Shown here: piece after piece, positions 1-9,552 of the stretch
Layout: each line of letters opens with the position of its first letter
Numbering within the stretch: the stretch's first letter is position 1
DNA from: Phoronis australis
Taxonomy: Eukaryota > Animalia > Phoronida
Length of the DNA: 53,220 nt
Assembly: GCA_002633005.1 (NCBI GenBank)
Contig: NMRA01000022.1
Span: forward strand, 760,987-814,206
Direction: 5' to 3'
Notes under the pieces: generated by a model
Database searches by the model: none
What the model was told of the DNA's origin: nothing
What the model saw: only the letters and a program-made list of their open reading frames with translations
Translations under genes and position numbers: made by a program

Positions 1-475
1 TCTACATAGTAAGCATATACATGCCAATTTTCACAATCATCCTTTGAGCGGTTTGGTTGATAGAGGGGTTGGCGCACAAAAACACACTCGAAAACACTAA
101 AAATGGCCACTAGGTGGCGCAAACTATGTCGAATCCATCTGAAAACGGGAGGATAGCGTCATCTCACTAATAAGTGCCTACATACCAAATTTCATGAAAA
201 TCCGTTCAGGACTTTCGAAGATACAAAGGTAAGCGTAAAAAACTAAAATTGCCACTAGGGGGCACACCGGTAGTCGGATCCGTCCGAAAGTTCGTGCATG
301 CCGTCCCATTCATGAATGGAACATATGTGCCAAATTTCATGAACATAAGTCAAAGGGTTTTGGAGATAGAGCAGCGGACGCCGGACGCCAGACGGACGCC
401 GCCCGTACGGACGGACGGACGGACGGAGATGACGGCATAATGCGTCCACATATAAATATGTGGGCGCATAAAAAA
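1..475 (+). mobile_element. 3' part of a non-autonomous Helentron/HINE (DINE-1/pearl-like) element, truncated by the window edge
   Basis: About three diverged ~150-160 bp internal repeats share 'ccaaatttcatgaa' and 'aaaatggccactagg'. They are followed by a (GACG)n microsatellite (~390-427), a hairpin ATGCGTCCACATAT-aa-ATATGTGGGCGCAT (440-469) and an A-run. This order matches the known architecture of invertebrate HINE-type elements. Family assignment is by structure only. Confidence 0.7.
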
Positions 476-1143
476 CACATCAATGGCTTGTCACATTTCC
501 AGTATTTTGCAAAACGTTTATCATGCCTCTTCGAATTGTGCGGACAAAAAGTTAAAATTTCAAGTATAGTCCACATATTCACAACACACATATCAAAAAG
601 CAGAAACTAAGAAACATCTGACACAATAATTGAAGCATTCTTTTGATTAAGAAAAAAAATTAACATTGGGCTGTTTACGTTTTCCCTGAAACCTGTCAAT
701 CAGAGGTTGTGTAGATGTACATGTAATCAGACCAACATGGGTCACGGGAAGACATTGTGCAACTTTTGAGTACCTTGGCAGTACTGTCTTCAAATGCATA
801 GTGTTGCACGCACACAACACATCATGTACCTGCACTACATTGTGTCAGAGACTTTCAACATTTATATAAATTAGCAACACGTTGGTGATTATTGCAGCAC
901 TTCAATTGATGCCATCGTGTTACACAGCAGAATATCTGAAAAGATACACAAAGCCATGCCAGGCTTCCATTCATAAACATTATAGCTCTGTGAGGGTGAA
1001 CGTGTGATTAAAATTGGAACCGGGGCAAAAATACACACCCCAGTACGACTACGCAAAAGGTCCACAATTGTTGTGTTTGAAAATATACAATTTGAAAACA
1101 AAGTTGTCTGTTACCAAGGTTACACAGTTAAAGGTAGACATAC

Positions 1144-1282
1144 CTTTGACGGTGAGCCATGCGCTCTTGTAACTGAAGCCGATGGAGTTACCTGCCAGAC
1201 AGGTATACCAACCAGCATCTTCCATGGACACATTCTTGATAGTAAGAACCTCCAAGTCTGTATCATTCACAGAGTTTGACCG
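1144..1282 (-). CDS. FGFR: FGFR exon, C-terminal half of Ig domain 3 (IIIc-like)
   Basis: Splice sites cacttgtag| and AAAG|gtatgt; 139 nt, phase 0 to 1. Encodes [46 protein letters not shown], containing the FGFR hallmark [15 protein letters not shown]...SAWLTV. Confidence 0.96.
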
Positions 1283-1789
1283 CTACAAGTGAACATGGCC
1301 AACTTAGTTACTATACCACTTCAGCATACTGGTCTATGCGCACATAACATATCCAAATAGAAAGCATTTAACCTTGTGAAAGCTTAATATTCAGTTTTTG
1401 GACATATGGCATAGCCACAATTTCTACTCGCCTATTTATTAGACTTTGATTCCACATTGCTGCACAGGGTCAAATTTATGTCATTTGATGACCTTTGAAA
1501 TGTACATACGGTGCCTATGATGAAGCAAAACATTCTCAAAAGTTATTTTTGTTGAGAGTTTGTCAACTAGGTTACTGATGGATTTTTAGCATAAAACCAT
1601 CCAACTTTTGACAAGAATAATAATCCAAATTGAGGGCTGCAAGGCAAAAACTGATATACATGAACAACCAACCCTTGCTAGTCAAGAAAAAAAGTGAGCA
1701 TTCAAAAACCAAATAAAAGTCTTTTCAGAAAATACACCCTATGAGAAAAAAGGTTTTCCAATCAGAAACATTATAACAAATCTTTCTAC

Positions 1790-1980
1790 CTCGATGACCC
1801 TGAGGTAAGGGTCGTCGGTCTCCTTGTTAAAGTACGAGCCGTTGACTTTGTAGTGTTTAAGCCACTGAATATGGGCCTGTGGATCACTAATGACCTTGCA
1901 GAGAAACTTCGCATCTTCGCCAATGAAGACTGTGGTGTTGACAGGGGGTTCTTTGAACATAGGACGGTGGGGATTGTTCT
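1790..1980 (-). CDS. FGFR: FGFR exon IIIa: D2-D3 linker and N-terminal half of Ig domain 3
   Basis: Splice sites gattacag| and ATCGAG|gtagaa; 191 nt, phase 1 to 0. Encodes (E)NNPHRPMFKEPPVNTTVFIGEDAKFLCKVISDPQAHIQWLKHYKVNGSYFNKETDDPYLRVIE, with FGFR motifs PHRP, CKVxSDxQxHIQWLKH, VNGS and PYLxV. Confidence 0.96.
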
Positions 1981-2593
1981 CTGTAATCAGTACACAAAAC
2001 GTTATCAAGCATACTTGAATTACACCCAGAAGCTACTGGCTGCCTACAACACTAACCACAATCTAATTTCTTTCTCAAGGGTTTATTAAACAGCAGTTTT
2101 CCATCTGTGAAACAAAGTATTTTAGAAATCGCTGATATGACCGCCAAAACTTATCATGAGCACAAAAATGAGGCCTAAGAGTGAGTTGCATAAAACTTAA
2201 ACACATATCTACGAGATAAGTTTGATCGTTGCACAACATCATTGTTGCTATCCCATCCAACCAAGCCCTGCGTGTTTTTCCCCGCAAAATGGCATACTTT
2301 CAGGTGATTTTTAAAACAAAAATTGTAAATTCTGTTTTTGCCACAAAAACAAGGCCTCAACATCTGTCAAGCTCAGAATTTATGATTTATAGTCAATTCG
2401 TGTAGCTTTTTCTGTGGAGCTAGGGACAGCGAAAGACCCGTGGTATTAGTACCCAAGGACTGAAATCTACACAAGTGCAGATTCAGCAAGAAAAATCAGC
2501 TTAAACAGTCTTTTAAAGGCAAACATTCTCATAATAAGCTCTCAATTAGTCCTTCAGGTTCAGACCAGCTTCTAAAAATGTTTAGGTACGTAC

Positions 2594-2717
2594 CCACAAT
2601 TTCCAGTTTGTATGTCCATGAGATGATACCATACTCATTCTTGACAACACACGTGTAGTTACCAGCATCAGCCAACACAAGGTCGTCTATACGCAGCATG
2701 TATTTGCCTGTTGTGAA
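2594..2717 (-). CDS. FGFR: FGFR exon, C-terminal half of Ig domain 2
   Basis: Splice sites tctttttTAG| and GTGG|gtacgt; 124 nt, phase 0 to 1. Encodes FTTGKYMLRIDDLVLADAGNYTCVVKNEYGIISWTYKLEIV (DxGNYTCVVxNEYG). Not in the ORF track; read from the sequence. Confidence 0.95.
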
Positions 2718-3009
2718 CTAAAAAAGACGCAACAGACAGCATTCAAGCTGCTCGTAATCATGTAATTATTAATTATTAACCAGACGGAGAAATTTAAAAT
2801 GCAAATAGGAGATGCCTTCATTCCACAGTGTAAAACCGCGGCCAAGAACAACCTAGAAAAAAGCTTTCCTACCTATAATCCTCACTTGCACCCTTTGCAT
2901 TGATTTTTTGATCTGTCATAAGTATGTGCACACACTCGAGAGTGACACTACCTCTACCTCTCCATATGTGTGTCACTGATAATGCTTTCCCACCACCGAC
3001 CTGTCCTTT

Positions 3010-3042
3010 ACACACGCACGCACGCACGCACGCACACACACA
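3010..3042. repeat. Compound (CACG)n/(CA)n microsatellite
   Basis: acacacgcacgcacgcacgcacgcacacacaca read directly. Confidence 0.9.
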
Positions 3043-3475
3043 GAAATTTGTAACAAGTATAATAAAATCTCACTGATTTTGGAAACAAAGTGGTAGAACC
3101 GCAGACATATGAATTTCTTATATTTTGTCATAAAAAGTAAGAAACATCAAACAAATGTCTCATCACTCACAAATAGTGTTCCAAAGCTACAAACAAGAAC
3201 CGTTTTGAGAAATCAAGGGCATTCAGAGCTTCAGAGCTAAGCTGGAACTCCATTTTTGTTTGAAATTGGCAAAAGATTTTACCAATAAAACTTGACCAAA
3301 TAAAATCTTTTAAGGTTAAGACAATTCTACAGTTAAAGTGTTGCTAGCTTTACTGCTATCAAACAACATACATTCCAAGGAGGAGTTGCCTGCGCACAGA
3401 GACAGAGAAATTTTAGGTGCATTGCCAATTTCCCTTAATTCATTGTGCAATCAACGATGACACTGCAGCACTCAC

Positions 3476-3633
3476 CGGCCCCGTAATCCTCTTCACGAAA
3501 GGTTTGCCGTTCTTCAGCCAAGTCATACTAGGCTCTGGATTGCCCAGGTAAGGACACTTGAAGGGTTGACTGAAACCCACGGGACGAACTACTAATACAT
3601 CATTCGTCTTCTGCCTCTTCCACACAGGACGAT
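3476..3633 (-). CDS. FGFR: FGFR exon, N-terminal half of Ig domain 2
   Basis: Splice sites ttcatttcag| and GGGCCG|gtgagt; 158 nt, phase 1 to 0. Encodes (D)RPVWKRQKTNDVLVVRPVGFSQPFKCPYLGNPEPSMTWLKNGKPFVKRITGP (FKCP..GNPxP...WLKNGK). Confidence 0.95.
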
Positions 3634-4096
3634 CTGAAATGAACGGAAGACGTTTCAGTTTCTATTCCATGAAAACCTTGAAATGTTGCAGGAGCTTCTG
3701 TGAAAAGTTACCAACACTATTTTGGTGAAACAAAAACAACAAAACAGTGAAATTCTGGAGCACAATGTTTTGAAACTACTTTTCATTGTGTCCTATGTTT
3801 TTGCCAAAACTTCTATAGAAGCCAGATGTACGAAGAATACATCCACCAATTGAATAGGATGAACACTAATGTCGTGACAATAAAATGAGAAAAAAAGCCG
3901 TCTAACAGCACAGGGATGTGGACTATGTGCCCCACCCCAATAACAGGCAAGACTGTTAACTCACCAGGACCACTGTCAATTCCACCGAACCTCAAAAATC
4001 ACTTCCAACAAGCGCATCCCGAAATACCACAGCCCCATCTTAATTCTGGGGTATGCTCAATAGAAAGAATGGTTGTGTCAGTTCTGCTGTGCATAC

Positions 4097-4207
4097 CAGT
4101 GTGTCGCAACGATGACAAACTTGCAGTGTGCAATAATAGCTCGTATTTGACGTCATCCTCATCGAGCAGAGGTTCAGAACAGACAGTTTGTTGCTTTAAC
4201 AAGAGAA
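4097..4207 (-). CDS. FGFR: Candidate FGFR D1-D2 linker (acid box-like) exon
   Basis: Splice sites gtttgtcag| and CACACTG|gtatgc; 111 nt, phase 1 to 1, in frame with both flanking exons. Encodes VLLLKQQTVCSEPLLDEDDVKYELLLHTASLSSLRHT. The position matches the vertebrate acid box, but the acceptor is mediocre and the acidic run short. Confidence 0.3.
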
Positions 4208-4324
4208 CTGACAAACTTAAGCCTTAGGTACAATTCATCACTTAGATCCAGTATCTTACCTCAAGAGAACTGACAAACTTAAGCCTTAGGTATAATTCAT
4301 CACTTAGATCCAGGATCTAACCTC
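4201..4324. repeat. 62-bp tandem duplication (2 copies)
   Basis: aagagaactgacaaacttaagccttaggta(c/t)aattcatcacttagatccag...acctc starts at 4201 and again at 4263. Confidence 0.95.
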
Positions 4325-5610
4325 CAAACCCAAACTCATGATCAGAGTGCAAACTCAAATCGTGCCATGCAATTGGTTAATTTTCGAGTTGAGTTTTGAA
4401 AAGATTAGACATCAGGTCATGGAACTGAGCAAATTAATACTTAAGTTGGAGAGTGTGCTGCAAACACATGTACTGACATGGATTTTTGTGGAAAAATGGT
4501 CCTTGACAGTATCGCAGACTACACAGCTGGAACCAGATTAAAACAGAACGTAACCAATGACAATAACAGTGGGACTTGAAGCCCACGGTCTCCAAACACA
4601 AAGAACAGGAGAGAGGAATAAAGCAGAAAAAATAGTAAACAATCACATAAGTCCCATGGTTATCATTTGGGAGTTGGTCGATAAAACCAACCAGGACCCT
4701 CAACAGGACAGGTTTCACCACACTGTTTACTTCACACCATTTCCTGTGTAGCAGGAAGCACAGTGTAAACCCATTACAGAGGTTATCATTTTTTAATTAA
4801 GCACATAAGGTGGCGGCCCATGCCCCCAGCCAACCCAGTTCCTGCCAGTCTTGGATTGTCTAAACATCCAGGGTAACACCTTGTCAGACCAACACATGTT
4901 GGAGCTTGTTTGACATCAACAAACTCAGCCAACTAGAGTAAACACCAGTCAAGCATGAGATGAATGAACAAACCAATGGACCAATCAGTCAACCATGCAG
5001 TGAATGAACAAACTAACAAAGCAATCTGCCTCAGGGCAAGGAGGGGACATTAGCAGACATGCCACTTTGGGGCACTTATAGTGGTCAAATGAAGAGTTCT
5101 ATTTTGAGCGAACAAATGAATGTGTTTTGGGGAAGTTTTTAAACATATGCAGCATGGGAAATTGAAGGGAAAACTCTGATGATGGGGTGAGGTACATCTC
5201 TCAAGAATGTCATAGCATGGGACATCAATGATTGGAGGACTAATGGTCGAGGCACATGGTGTTTACCAAGCTAAAACAATTGCAAAGAATTAAGAATTCC
5301 AAGATGCAAGACTGGCAACAAATAAGCTGAAAATTAAACAAATAGCCACCAATAAGTAAACTAAATGGACACCAGCTCACATTAGAAGTTGCACCATGAG
5401 ATATGCCATCGTTTGTATTAAACTAATGCTTAACATGTTTCCTGAATTCTGCAGTCAAATGATAAGGACTTATCTTAAACTGTACTTACGACATAAGTTC
5501 ACCATTTCCTTCAGCTTGTTAGTTTGTGTCAAATTTAATGAGAAAGTTCAGGGACCTTGATAAAGATAAAGATCGGAAATTCAAAGAAAAGGAGGAAATT
5601 TTCATTCTAG

Positions 5611-5692
5611 AATTGTTGTATGTATGCCATGACTCCAATTGTTGTATGTATGCCATGACTCCAATTGTTGTATGTATGCCATGACTCCAATT
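5611..5692. repeat. 26-bp tandem repeat (3 copies)
   Basis: aattgttgtatgtatgccatgactcc x3. Confidence 0.95.
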
Positions 5693-7633
5693 TCACCGAC
5701 AGTCTAACTGAACTAACGGGACAAACCCACTAATTAACTAGACTGACCAAGAAGGGACTGAACTCATGAAAATCACCTGTAAGGTATTAGTAAATACGCA
5801 GAAAACCTGAGACTCATTAAATGTGACTTTAATCTAGGCGCACCATTAATGCACCACCTAACTGTAAACAGGCAGAGGATATTTGACGTGTATAAATATC
5901 AGCTGTATATAAAACAGCCTTACCACGAAGCTTACCATTAATTCGGTGTTTCATGATGTCTAAATGACAGACACCATTTCGTGGAATTTAATCAGTGAAA
6001 TGGACATCGCCGACATGTAACTCATACTTGTATAACATTATGTCCAATTCTAACTAACTTCGGAACATAAAACCAAAATCAAAGCATGACGTTTTCGAAG
6101 GTTCATTTTGAACATTTAGATCAAACAATATTTGGTTATGTTACAGTTATGTTATGCATGCAGCTTTCTTTTTTGTTGAATTTTACTAAAAGCATGTGGT
6201 CACATGACCTGTTTTAAGGCAGATTAGTAGAACTTTCAGAAAATATAAATAATTCCACTGAGAAATTTGGCTAAATACACCAACTTGTCGATAAGGTTCT
6301 CCATAACCGTAAACTGCATTAGCTACCGTTTGTCTGAGAAGCCAAAATCAAAAACCAGGTGATTTACCCCTATCAAGATAGCTCTCCCTCAAATTCATTG
6401 CCATAATGAACATACATCGCAGTTACGAATCAAAAGGCATTGGAAAATCAGAATTATCAGCAATTCCATTGCAGGCACTCTCTATTCTAACTAAATGCTA
6501 TCTATAGCAAGGAACTTCGTCAGTTTGGTCTTATGGGCTTAGCAGTAAATTGAAAAGAAGCGCAACTTTAAGAATGACATGAGGTGACAAAACAGCTCAG
6601 CTCAACCACAAAATATGGTCACCAAGTTGCCACAGTGAGATTGTGATCAATGATGGGTGGTTGGAAGATGGACCAAGTATCCAGTACTGTGTCAAGATGA
6701 AACATGGAACTGTTAATCTGCCATGGTCAGGCATGCCAGCAGACATCTGTCAACAGGAGCACAGTTGTCAGTGGCAGTTGCCATGTTTACAGAGTGTAAT
6801 CTGGTGAAATCTTATACAGGGACTAAGTGATCTGTCTGCAGGCAAATCCCCTTTAATCCAGCACAGGTGGCCAACAAAACTACCACCAAGACAGGGTGGT
6901 CACACTAAGTGCTCAGAGACAGTCCCACAGAAAATTACTGTACAAAGATTCTGGTCAACCAGAGACAATGGCTCTGACTGGAGTCAGAGTAAATAAGTGG
7001 AGTCAGTGCAGGCCTAACAACAGGTCTACTTACATCGATGTTAAATAAAGACAACGTTAAATCGACATTAAATAAAGATTCTTGATGAAAGTGATCTTCT
7101 CATAAACTTGAGGTGTGCTCCACTGATAACACCATAACTGATACGCATGCCAGGGCAAAGATTTGTGGAATATTCAGCTGACACGCCACCTGGTGACTGG
7201 TCATTTTATGAATTTTGTTTGCTTTGAAGCCTCAATTTTCTACAATCCATTGCTCAATAATATAAGATATCTTGCTCTATCCATGACAAAGACCATAGCC
7301 ATTCATTGCATAAAAGTTCTTTTGTGAACAGCCAGGTGGCACCAGAGGTCCCCAATGCCATGTGACTAGTTGCTGCTGCTTAGTAGAAGTCTCCAATTGA
7401 CCTTTTCACAAGCAGACCAGAAGTGTTGAGTGAATAACACAGAGTAGATATTAATGGGAAATGTGACCTCCACATGCAGTCAGTCACCTTTCATTGTGGG
7501 TAGGCAGTAGTCCAACCACACATGGTAGTATTTCCCAAAATTCATTGAGCATATGACAAATCAAGCTATCCTAGAGAGGTTAATTGTTCAGTATGGAAAA
7601 TTTATATGCAAAAAAAATACACAAGGGCTTGGC

Positions 7634-7856
7634 GGCTAGACTTGGCAAGGGACGTGCACGGTTACTCTTATTTCAAGATACGAAGTTTTGTCATATCAGT
7701 TTTTTACAAAAACTGCATAAAGGACTTGGCTAGACTTGGTAATGAACAATGTAAGATGCACAAGGACTTGGCTAGACTTGGTAATGGGCAAAGTGAAATG
7801 CAGGGTTACTCTGATTTCCAGATCCAGATACTCACGAGGTTTTGTCATATCAATTC
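7634..7856. repeat. Diverged compound local duplication
   Basis: 'ggctagacttgg' occurs three times and 'ggttactct...ttttgtcatatca' twice. Confidence 0.75.
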
Positions 7857-7898
7857 TTGCATATTTAGGCACGTTAAGGATCTGCTCCAAAGAACCTG

Positions 7899-8079
7899 CA
7901 AAAGTAAACTCAAGAATCAACAAGGGACTAAGGATGGAATACATGTATTATTACATACAAAAGTAAACTCAAGAATCAACAAGGGACTAAGGATGGAATA
8001 CATGTATTATTACATACAAAAGTAAACTCAAGAATCAACAAGGGACTAAGGATGGAATACATGTATTATTACATACAAA
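7899..8079. repeat. 59-bp tandem repeat (3 copies)
   Basis: caaaagtaaactcaagaatcaacaagggactaaggatggaatacatgtattattacata x3, identical. Confidence 0.95.
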
Positions 8080-8869
8080 TGCTTTTCTCTCTTTTTGACC
8101 TTAAATTTAAATAAAACTTAATGAAATACAGTTGTTCAATGGAGTAAGTTCAGACACTTGTTTGCAAACAAGTTAAGAATAGCAATTAACTACATTTTGA
8201 CAAGTACACAGATTCATATTTGTCCATAAATTCTGTACTGTGTAATTTATGTTTTGTACCACTTTTCCATGTAAAGCCTTCAGAACAAATTAATGAGAAA
8301 TTCAAAGTACAAATGTGCGAACATCTTCAACTCAATCACTGTCCTGATTTTTAGAATTGCCAGGGTGCAGCAATTAAAATACCATAAAATTATGGTAAAC
8401 TGCACATACATTGGCTGGTAGAGTATTCAAGGGATTGGCAGGTAGAGTATTCAAGGTTTCATATGCAAAAAACATGCATCAAAAGTCAACTTCATCTCAT
8501 GCCTTACATTTGAAACCCAGGTCCTGAACCAGAATCTTAGTAGAATACGAGTCAATTGAACATGGGCACTACATAGTTTAGAGACCATTGCATCAATCGC
8601 AATTCAACAGATAAGTGATCAACAGCAGTTTATAAGAAAAAAATGATTTTGATTCAAGACTTGGTAAAATTGGCATGGTCAACCAATAATGTAGGTATGT
8701 CCCAAGAAATTTAAGATCAACTGGGTTGAGACTTAGCAAGAGCCCAACTTGATGATCAATCTATTTTGTCAGAGAAAACGTTATGGAAATCCTGGAAAAG
8801 TGCCTGACTTCACTCGAACTACAGTGTCAAAGGTGTTAAACTATAACACTGCTTAGTGCTGCCACCCAC

Positions 8870-8994
8870 CAGACACAATGAGAGTGAAATTGCGCCATTC
8901 CTCGCCAAACTGGTTCCAGGCATGGCACGCATAGTTAGCACTGTCGTTGTAGTGCGCATGGTGGATGGTCAGTGTGTATTTAGACACTGTGACC
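8870..8994 (-). CDS. FGFR: FGFR exon, C-terminal half of Ig domain 1
   Basis: Splice sites atctttcag| and TCTG|gtgggt; 125 nt, phase 2 to 1. Encodes (R)VTVSKYTLTIHHAHYNDSANYACHAWNQFGEEWRNFTLIVS (LxI...DSAxYxC..N.FG). Confidence 0.9.
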
Positions 8995-9404
8995 CTGAAA
9001 GATGCAATAAACCAGTTTTTAAATGGAAAGAGGACAATTGAAAAATTAACAGCTTACCACTCCCAGTACATTTGTCTCACAGTGCACCCAAATTCATTTA
9101 GTTGAATCTAAGACATTATTAGCCTCTGTGGTTATATTACAAATAATACTGTACATAATGTAACTAAGCTGTATCTATCTAAAGCACAGGTAACAGTGCT
9201 TTTCAGACTGAACATTCTCAGTGTCAATACCCAGTGTTTAGTCACAGTAGTATCTGACTCTAAATCACAGTTAAAAAACATCAGTTGAAAATAAGCACGC
9301 GGCCAAAACAAGGTTAGTAAAAACATTTCATCACTTTTTTAAAAAAAAGTACTTTCTTGTAAAATTTTGAGAAAAACCACTATTGTACCCTGATCAACAC
9401 CTAC

Positions 9405-9552
9405 CTGTGCACATGGTTGTCAACATTGATCCCGTCTTTGTACCAGAGTATGTATGGCTTGGGTCGGCCACTGGCTTTACAGCGAAGTTTCACCTCCTCT
9501 CCCTGGAAGACGCTGATAACAGATGTGTGTTTACCTCGGATGGATGGCGAAA
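9405..9552 (-). CDS. FGFR: FGFR exon, N-terminal half of Ig domain 1
   Basis: Splice sites gcttttcag| and CACAG|gtaggt; 148 nt, phase 1 to 2. Encodes (V)SPSIRGKHTSVISVFQGEEVKLRCKASGRPKPYILWYKDGINVDNHVH (I-set pattern LxC.A.G.P.P.I.W.KDG). Confidence 0.92.

Noticed and set aside
3999-4001. In-frame TGA read as selenocysteine
   Set aside because: There is no selenoprotein motif or visible SECIS, and FGFRs are not known selenoproteins.
7606-8025. 139-aa plus-strand ORF
   Set aside because: It is built from local duplications and the 59-bp repeat, has no domain features and is antisense within an intron.
1144-9552. Calling the gene FGFRL1 or a generic Ig adhesion molecule
   Set aside because: PHRP, HIQWLKH..VNGS, PYLxV and [16 protein letters not shown] fit true FGFRs better. 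The kinase domain is outside the window, so this is not fully proven.
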